DNA of 63,114 bases, filler included, from Reticulomyxa filosa (Eukaryota > Protista > Foraminifera), in NCBI GenBank assembly GCA_000512085.1. It is 26 parts of 26 records of this genome, joined end to end, with 100 filler letters (N's around TTAATTAATTAA, not from the genome) between each part and the next. Parts side by side here need not be neighbours in the genome. Positions count along the whole stretch, not along the records: positions 53,272 to 56,084 come from ASPP01021636.1; positions 56,185 to 57,397 come from ASPP01004289.1; positions 57,498 to 61,731 come from ASPP01013530.1; positions 61,832 to 63,114 come from ASPP01024127.1; 22 more parts are not named here. One strand, given 5' to 3'. A program made the translations under genes and the position numbers. The notes below the pieces were generated by a model. The model searched no databases. It was given only the letters and a program-made list of their open reading frames with translations, and was not told where the DNA came from. This document shows, in pieces, positions 55,247 through 63,114 of the stretch (the stretch's first letter is position 1; each line of letters begins with the position of its first letter).

Positions 55247-56084
55247 ATGATAACTCTTGGCAATGAGAAGCAAATTTCAACACAACTAGCGTTGGTAAGC
55301 TTTATTACAAGCTTTCAGAAAGTCTGTTGCCTTTTTTTTCGTTTATCGTATTTAATTTGTGATCAAAACAGTCTGAAGAAAAGGTTCAAGTAATTGTACA
55401 ACATTGGGTTCGAATATCGAAAATCAAATTAGGATGGATTCATGAGTTTGACAAATTTGTTGCCAATTATGTTAGTTCATTTATTCTTTCTTTTTTTAAA
55501 ATACGAATCAAAACATTCCAATATTACTTAACATAGCTTTCTACTGCCCCCACGTTTGACACATTTCGTTCATCATCCAAATTAATCAATACATTCACTG
55601 GACATACAAGAGTTGTGTGGAGTATTGATTATTCAACATTTGATGATCGTCCATTCATTTGTTCTGGATCATATGATAAAACAGTTCGTGTATGGGATGT
55701 TGATAATAAAAAACAAATTCAATCACTCGATGGACATTCAAGTAATGTGTATTGTGTGAGATTTTCATCATATCATTATCATAATTATCGTCAAAATGTC
55801 ATTTGTTTTTCATCAAATGACAAATCAATTCATTTTTGGGATTTCAAACATAATATGCAATTAGAAATATTCAATGGACACACAGAATGTGTTTATGGTA
55901 TTGAATTTTCACCATTTAATGGTGGTAGATATTTGTGTTCTGGATCTGCTGACAACACTCTTCGTTTATGGGATGCTGGAACATCAAAATCATTACATGT
56001 TTTTAATGGACATACAGACTATGTTTGGTGTATTGATATCTCACCATTACAAAGCAATAATAACAAGAATGATAATAAAATGAA
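55247..56084 (+). CDS. WD40-repeat protein, N-terminal part
   Basis: Introns 55295-55371 and 55471-55536. HWVRISKIKLGWIHEFDK followed by several GH..WD repeats. Confidence 0.9.
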
Positions 56085-56194
56085 NNNNNNNNNNNNNNNN
56101 NNNNNNNNNNNNNNNNNNNNNNNNNNNNTTAATTAATTAANNNNNNNNNNNNNNNNNNNNNNNNNNNNNNNNNNNNNNNNNNNNTACGAGACTT

Positions 56195-56689
56195 CAGCAA
56201 GTGGTGATGTCGTATGCTTCGAAGGTAAGTTTCAATCAAATTAAAATAGATAAAATTCAAAACTATCCACTTACAAAATTGAACAAAACTATTGCAAAAA
56301 CAAAACAAACATAAAAATTGTTGAAACATTTCAAGTAGTTGGTTTCCTGGCCTTCGTGAGCCTTTTCTTTGATTCTTTAGGTTCCAGTTCTTCTTTGGTT
56401 TTCGGACCTTCGGGGCCATCGCAACTCGGCATCTCATTAAGATGCGCGGAAAGCACTCGCTCCAGCAGCGTGCGAGGAGCAGCAAGTAAATGCTGGAAAC
56501 TAAAGAAAAGGCCACGAAGACCCGGAAACCAACGACTTGAAATGCTTCGACAATTTTTATGTTTGTTTTGTTTTGTTTTTTGCAATAGTTTTATTCAATT
56601 TTGTGAGTGGTGATAACGTAAAGTGTTGAATTTTATACATTTTAATTTGATTGATATTTACTTCGAAGCATATGATATGTTATTTGTTG
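56195..56689. repeat. Long imperfect inverted repeat (arms ~56195-56375 and ~56496-56689) around a ~120-bp GC-rich core; foldback/MITE-like
   Basis: Arms align as reverse complements, e.g. tatgcttcgaag..caatcaaattaaaat..aactattgcaaaaa..catttcaagt.gttggtttcc.gg.cttcgtg. Confidence 0.9.
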
Positions 56690-56864
56690 GTTACTTTTGT
56701 AACGTATTGAATTATTTAGTACTGTATTCATGTTTGAATCTCAATAACAATTCATCTGCGTTATGCCACGATTGAAACCATGCTTGTGTTTGATGTAATA
56801 ATAGCTTATTATTCATCCACCACATTAATCCCTTTGTGTTTTTTTGTTGTTTTTTTTTAGATAG

Positions 56865-57397
56865 GTTGCAGTGGGGGCGTGTCAAGTGTTGGAATATTCT
56901 CGCTTCATCCGCGACTTAATTCTTGATACCGCATCAGGAAATGCTCGACAATCTTTTGATATTGTACAAATAATCGTTTGATCCAACTTTGCCAGTGATC
57001 GACAAATGATCTTGCGTTCACTAAATGTCAATGAATGCATAACAATCTTCTCGAATGATTGTGCTTCCATCAAGTTATCTAATGTCTATTCCATTGCCCT
57101 ATAAAATAGAAATTCAATCCATGATTATTCAGGAATGCCGCTGATCTATGTTGTTAAATCAAATCTGGTTGTTTGCAACAAGGTCCACTTTATCATTATC
57201 AGGAATTCCAGAATGACCTTTAATCCAATAAATCTCTGGAACACTGTCCTCATTAAATGATCTTAAGATCTTTTGACAATCCATAATTGGCACTTTATAG
57301 ATGTCAGGATAAGCATTCTTCCGTGATGGAATCTGTAATGATTACCAATATATTCCAATGCAAGTCTCATTGCATCGATCTCTGATCCAATATTGGT
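56865..57397 (-). mobile_element. Non-LTR (LINE-like) retrotransposon 3' remnant: RNase H and downstream region, degenerate
   Basis: LVIITDS, then (frameshifted) PEIYWIKGHSGIPDNDKVDLVA (WIKGHSG at 57207-57227). Followed by LTFSERKIICR/TGKVGSNDYLYNIK, a decayed Cys/His region and an A-rich stretch. Confidence 0.75.
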
Positions 57398-57589
57398 NNN
57401 NNNNNNNNNNNNNNNNNNNNNNNNNNNNNNNNNNNNNNNNNTTAATTAATTAANNNNNNNNNNNNNNNNNNNNNNNNNNNNNNNNNNNNNNNNNNNNTTT
57501 TTTTTTGTGGGTTTTTTTTTTTTTTTTTTTTTTTTTTGTTGTTGTGGCAAGTACTGCAGAGAGAAAGAAGAGGGTCCAAACAAAGATGT

Positions 57590-58004
57590 ACAAAACTGGA
57601 ATGATTTTCATTGCATACGAATGAGCCAAACCGTTCTCCGTTTTGCACCTGACCGAATACACTTGACAAGTAGTCCCATCCATTATCGCATCTATAATCT
57701 CATACACAGGATTCGTCGAAGAGCTGTTTTCCATCTTCGAAATCCCATCTTCTTTGTTACTTTTTTGTGTTGGATAATCCAAAGACATTGCTGATTCATC
57801 CGATGAAAAGTTTGAAGGTATGAGTGTTGGTGTCAATCCTGGAGGGGTCTCACTTGCGAGAGCCCAACTCTCATTTATACAGCTTAGGCACAAATTTGTT
57901 GTGATCGAGTCTGCTCGATCGTCTTCCGAAGGCAGTAAATTTGCTGCACGCTTTGCCTCATCATCAAAAGAAAGACTTTCTAAAAAATCTTTTAGTGAAG
58001 ACAT
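57590..58004 (-). CDS. Protein kinase, N-terminal exon (subdomains I-II)
   Basis: YEIIDAIMDGTTCQVYSVR..YAMKII, followed by an intron and the contig end. Confidence 0.6.
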
Positions 58005-59282
58005 TTCTAAATATGATACTTATGTCTTTGGATACTCCTTGTCAAGGGGGTATTAACCTTATTTTAGTGTTATTGTTAAAGAATTCGAGCAAACAACAAA
58101 ACTAAGACAATTTCTTCTACTGAGGGCGGGGAAAAAGGTGTTATTTTTCCCCTTTGGCAATTTTAATTCTGGCAGTAAACATCTGCGCACTGTTTTGTCA
58201 GGAACAAAAACCTGTTTTAAAAGTTAATTAGTTAAAGAGACTTGCAGAAAAACAACTACTTATCATTGATTTTTCCTTTTAGTTAGCAAACGACTTCATT
58301 AATTGTTTGTTCTTCACGTTTTCGCTGTGACGATTGTCTTTTTTGAGACAAATGATACATTACTTAGAAAAATTAGTGTGAAACTTTTATAAAATCTGTT
58401 AGCCTTCAATTTAATAGCTCAGGATGGAAATTGGAAAAAGGTTAGAAATTTGTTCTGGAATTTTGCTGAAAAAGAAATTTCTGGAAAACAAAACCAGCGA
58501 CTTTTCAAATATTGCACTGATTTTAATTTTGTACTTCAACAACTAGCAAATATATTTCAAAGAATTGAATATTTGTAAAGTTTTTAAATAAAATTTTAAT
58601 TCGTGCATATGGTACGCATATCGACTTTCTCAATTTTCGGATTATTCGTTCCAAATGATAGATTACGCCGTATATATTTCAGGGATGAATTCTTTGATTT
58701 TTCGCTATGTAATCACTCTGAAGAAATAAAACATGAATTGTCATAATTGACCTGGCCATAGAATTTCGAATGAAATTATAAGTATATTTATGACTACATG
58801 GTTTTGGCGAGTAAAAAAATAATTGCAAAACACAAGGCATTGAGTCTTGAATATAAAAGGTACATTTATATCGTTTGCCATATTCTAAAACAGTGTTATT
58901 TTTGTAACAATTATGACTTAAATCTGTCTAACCACTTTTTTTTCATGAAATAGAAATAATTGAATGACGGCAGTTGACGACAACATCTTTTATTTTAATG
59001 ATGGAACGATTACTGTTTTTACTTTGTGAACAAATGTGACATGTTTTGAAGTTTAATCATTGCAATGCATTTGAAAAAAGTAGCTATTTCAAAAATATTG
59101 GCAAACGCGCAATCGTGCATTTTTTCTTGTTTCTTCTAAAATCTTTATGCATTTCAAAGTTCAATTGTACAGTATTTCATCTGTCCATAAACCAATTTAG
59201 AATTGTACAACGCAAATCACAACAAGAAACAACAACAACAACAAAAAAGGATATTGAAATTGCAAAATTTGTCCCCCTTCTT

Positions 59283-61360
59283 TTATTTGGCGATTTTTTG
59301 TTCTTTTTTATTTTCCTTTTCTGATAATTTGGTTTGAATAAGATTCATTAATGGTTGATAACCGTGTTGAATGACATAAACTCGTTTATCAATTTCATGG
59401 GCTCGAGTTAGCATCTCCTTTGCTTTTTGATACTCTTTGAATTCATCTAAAACACATAATTGCGCAAAATGAAATAAATCTTCAATACTTTCAGTGCGAT
59501 ACTTTAAAGCTAATTGATAGTGGGAATAAGCTTTTTGTAGAGGTTGTTCAACCATGTTAAGTTGCACCAAGGTATCACATTTGTGATGTAAATGCAAAGC
59601 ATAAAAGTGATGGAAATACCACTCTGCACGAGGATTGTTACAAGGAAACAGTTTGTATTGATTGATGACTCGAAGCCACTTCATAAACAATTTGGTTGCT
59701 TGGATCACTTTGCCACTGACAGAAAGTAAATGTGCATACGCGCATTCCAACTGAAACTTGTCATGTACGTGATACTTACTCAACCTCGTCACCGGGGTTG
59801 TGGCAATTCCTAGCCGAGCTAGAGCATGCAAATTCCTTTGATGGTCCATTTGGTCTTCTGACGCCAATATGGAGTTATTGCGAGTCCGTTTGGCAGTTTT
59901 TTCTTCTTTTCTTTCCGCTTCTTGTTCCTCTTTTTCTTCATTTTCGATCGGTTGCGTTGTCACTCTGCGTATGTCATGTATACATGGAATTAAAAATAAG
60001 CAAATGAATAAATAAATAATTGTATATGATTTCTCTCCTCTCATCTCTTATGTAACATATACAGTACATGCATATGCATGTTAGTTATATATATACATAT
60101 ATATGTATATATGTACATATATGTATATTAATCTTCGAAAAGATAGAAAAAAAGAAGTTGTAACTCAAATTTTTTCCATGTATCGACAACACGTTTCATG
60201 TGCCCTTCAATGGAAGTATAAGTGGAATAGTTTTGAGGAGACTCGGCATATTGTAACATGTTTAAAGAATACAAGTCATCTTGGGCTAAATCGTAGGAGA
60301 CTTGGTGTTTGACGACTTCTTTAAAATACGTGAAAATGATACTGTAGTCGCCTTCGCATCCCCAATCCGTCAAAAAGATCACATATTCACAATAGTAATA
60401 AGAAATGCTTGCCAAGTAAGGTCGAACATAGTATTTTTCAAACCAAAAGAGTATATCTTTGATTTCGTAATCGTCGGGGTAATGCTTCATTATCATTGCA
60501 CGCAACAAATAACACCCGATTTGATGTTTGTTTTCTAATATATATTTATTATATATGTATATATGTATACATGTATATAAAAATGTATAACATTTATTTA
60601 TTATTATGGTTAGCATTTGCATAAAACAAAACTTTTGAGGATAAATAATGTTTTTTGCAAGGCTTCTTGAAAGCGGTTGTCCCAATACAAATAGCCCGCC
60701 CAGCGATATTGAAATCTCAAGTCTTTGCAGTCCTTGTCTTTTTCCAAGGCAAAGTTCCAATGTCTTTTGGCTTGTTCGAGATCTCCTTTCAGGAGATAGC
60801 ATCTCGCAATCTCCGCGTAATATGTGCAGTCGTCAGGGTCTAGATGCAAGGCTTTGCGATAGTTGATAATGGCGAGGTCATATTTGTGTTGATCTCTTTT
60901 CAATTTTGTATGTCATTATTATTATTATTATTATTATTATTAATACTATTGGAATAATGGATCATACATTTTGTCGATAATGGGGAAAAAAAAAAAAAAG
61001 ATTGAAACTTAAGAACATCGCCCAAGACACTGAAAGAATAACCATAATTAGGGTCCAATTCAATGGCCTTTTGAATGAGAGATTCGGCCAAAGTTAAGTC
61101 GAGCAATCGTTGGGCGACAAAGGCATAGCGACGATAAAAGACATCAATATCGAAATAAGGTTTGCAAGGACGAAATTTATCATTTTCCTCATCATTTTTA
61201 TTTTCTGTCCAATACAATGCGATCAAATGAGGATGTTTTATTTTAGGATATTGTGGAGCCAATTTTTTAACTTCGTTGTTTTCTAAACCTAAAGCCTCAA
61301 TGATTTCGATTGCACGAATCATACATTTGCAGCATTCATAATTTTCTCCGCGTTCTTGTT
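59283..61360 (-). CDS. TPR-repeat protein, multi-exon (5' end uncertain)
   Basis: AESLIQKAIELDPNYGYSFSVLGDVL, YDLAIINYRKALHLDPD, LEQAKRHWNFALEKD, YQKAKEMLTRAHEID. Confidence 0.8.
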
Positions 61361-61649
61361 TGTGTATGTTTATGTCATATTCTATTCTGGATTGTTTTTT
61401 TAGTCGCAGTGATTGCGTTTCTCTTGGCTCAAGTTTTAAGATAAAACAGAGATTTTAAAAAAAACAACAATAACAACAACAACAACAACAAACAAACCAA
61501 AGTGATATCGACTATAGAAATAGATGTAATCAGGATTGTTTGGATTGAGGGACATCAAATGATCCAGCAACTCTTGGCAAGCATCAAAGTCTCTAATCAT
61601 ATGTGTTCACAGTCACACCAACAAAAGAAGCAATGAAGAGTGAAAGATA

Positions 61650-61673
61650 TACATATATGAATATATGTATATA

Positions 61674-61731
<58 letters not shown>
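61650..61731. repeat. (AT)n microsatellite at contig end
   Basis: Direct dinucleotide repeat. Similar intronic tracts at ~9820-9880, 31050-31164 and 45960-46030. Confidence 0.9.
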
Positions 61732-61869
61732 NNNNNNNNNNNNNNNNNNNNNNNNNNNNNNNNNNNNNNNNNNNNTTAATTAATTAANNNNNNNNNNNNN
61801 NNNNNNNNNNNNNNNNNNNNNNNNNNNNNNNTTTTTTTTTTTTTAAAAAAAAAAAAAAATAATAAATAA

Positions 61870-63058
61870 CATTAATAATAATAATAAAAACAGATAAACA
61901 AAAAAACGAAACCCATGACTGATGGTCCGGATTATCTAAATTGGCATGGACTTGCTGAATTTGTGACAATGGGAGCAGAATGTTCCATTTCCGACAAACA
62001 AAGTGAAGCAGTTTGATATAGTTGAAAAGCAGGTCGTTGCAAAGGTCTTTGTCTTGCTGGGAGCACATGTTGCTTTGACGAAGGGGCTTGAGGATATGAT
62101 GAAGAAGGAATTGGAGTATTTTGCTTGTGCCGTACAAGATGGTGTTGGAGTCGCGATAGCCATGGATGTGGGAAAAGTGGGAATAGTGAGAGGTGGTTTG
62201 AATCAGATCGAGTAATTGTTTCCAGTATTTGCAGGCTTTTTGAATTTCCAAAGTGTAGTTTTTGTGGTTGATATCTTTGTTAGTTGTATCTGCATTACCA
62301 TTCTTGTATTGTGATGGAAACCTTACTTGTAGCAAGGCTTTGGCTAGTTCCCAATTCCATTCAACAACAGAAAAAGAAGAAGAAGATAATGATGATGATA
62401 ATGATGATGATGATGGCAATGATGATGGCAATGATGATGATAGTTGTGAATGAATATAAATAGAGTTATAATCAGTAGTAGTCTGCAAGAGCTGTGTGAT
62501 ATGTGCAAGATACATGCTACAAGTAATACAAAAAGTGGACGCATCTGCGACCAGACGAAACGAGATACGTGTCGTGTCGTCGCGAAACGTTTGCTTGTTG
62601 TGATTGTTGACAGCGGCCAACGTGACCCACCAAAAATGAATGCGATCCAAGTCATGCGATTTCGCGAATATTCGAAATGCCTTGTTCATAAAGCTTTGGG
62701 CGGGATAGAAAGGCCACAGTGTAAGCACCTCCTCACTCGTAACTGCATACTTGTCATTTGCCATATGTCGCAGTACAGGAGGCGGCTGTTTGTCCAACAA
62801 ATGCAACAAGTTGTTGGCGAGTTTGGAAAACTTCCTTAATGACAATTGCGACGTCAGCAAACTGCGATACAATATACGCCCGCAAGCAATGTCACTATAG
62901 AAGGCGCATGAATTGACTGCCTTCGACACCTCTTCCAAATAAAGTGTTGTGTGCACTTTTCGATTCGCCTTTGTCATATCCATCTCCGCAATCTTTGCCG
63001 CTTTTGCTAGCAATGACGTGCACAATTCGTACAGCTCCGCATGTTGACGTTGGGTCCT
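61870..63058 (-). CDS. Hypothetical helical protein with a poly-Ser tract (partial)
   Basis: ~400-codon open frame flanked by poly-A/T introns. No family recognised. Confidence 0.6.
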
Positions 63059-63114
63059 GTTGTTTTTTTTTTTTTATGACACAAGACTGTTTTCCAAAAT
63101 AAATGATCGAGAAG

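Noticed and set aside
56129-56613. Near-identical ORFs on both strands (RRPGNQ.LEM..QFLCLFCF)
   Set aside because: A by-product of the inverted repeat, with no evidence of coding.
62344-62655. His-rich and Asp-rich ORFs
   Set aside because: Alternative frames of the (TCA)n poly-Ser tract.

Overview
AT-rich eukaryotic (protist) draft-genome DNA. The window is 26 short contigs joined by 25 artificial 100-nt spacers (N44-TTAATTAATTAA-N44), so adjacency across a spacer means nothing biologically. Most genes are partial and have short GT-AG introns filled with poly-A/T and (AT)n tracts. The expanded WD40 (…HWIR-L-IKLGWI-EF-K-V-NY… / …CYGS-GPIRIWG*), atypical RING/TRAF, Kelch and caspase-like families resemble those I recall from the foraminiferan Reticulomyxa filosa; this assignment is an inference. 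Housekeeping genes: ATG1-like kinase, RCC1-repeat protein, SRPK, UBR-box E3, gamma-tubulin complex GCP3, FSH1/OVCA2 hydrolase, a divergent actin-related protein, a 7TM protein and TPR proteins. Mobile-element remnants: Tc1/IS630 DDE transposase and a LINE-type RNase H. Highlights: (1) an apparently intronless >8.1-kb gene fusing a P-loop GTPase, a very long helical region, a full SecA-type ATPase motor and a vWA domain (34529-42676); (2) an RNF213/mysterin-like giant protein with an RZ finger and no visible RING (4645-9153); (3) a ~0.5-kb foldback element with a GC-rich multi-hairpin core (56195-56689); (4) a chimeric RING/TRAF-leader::WD40 gene.
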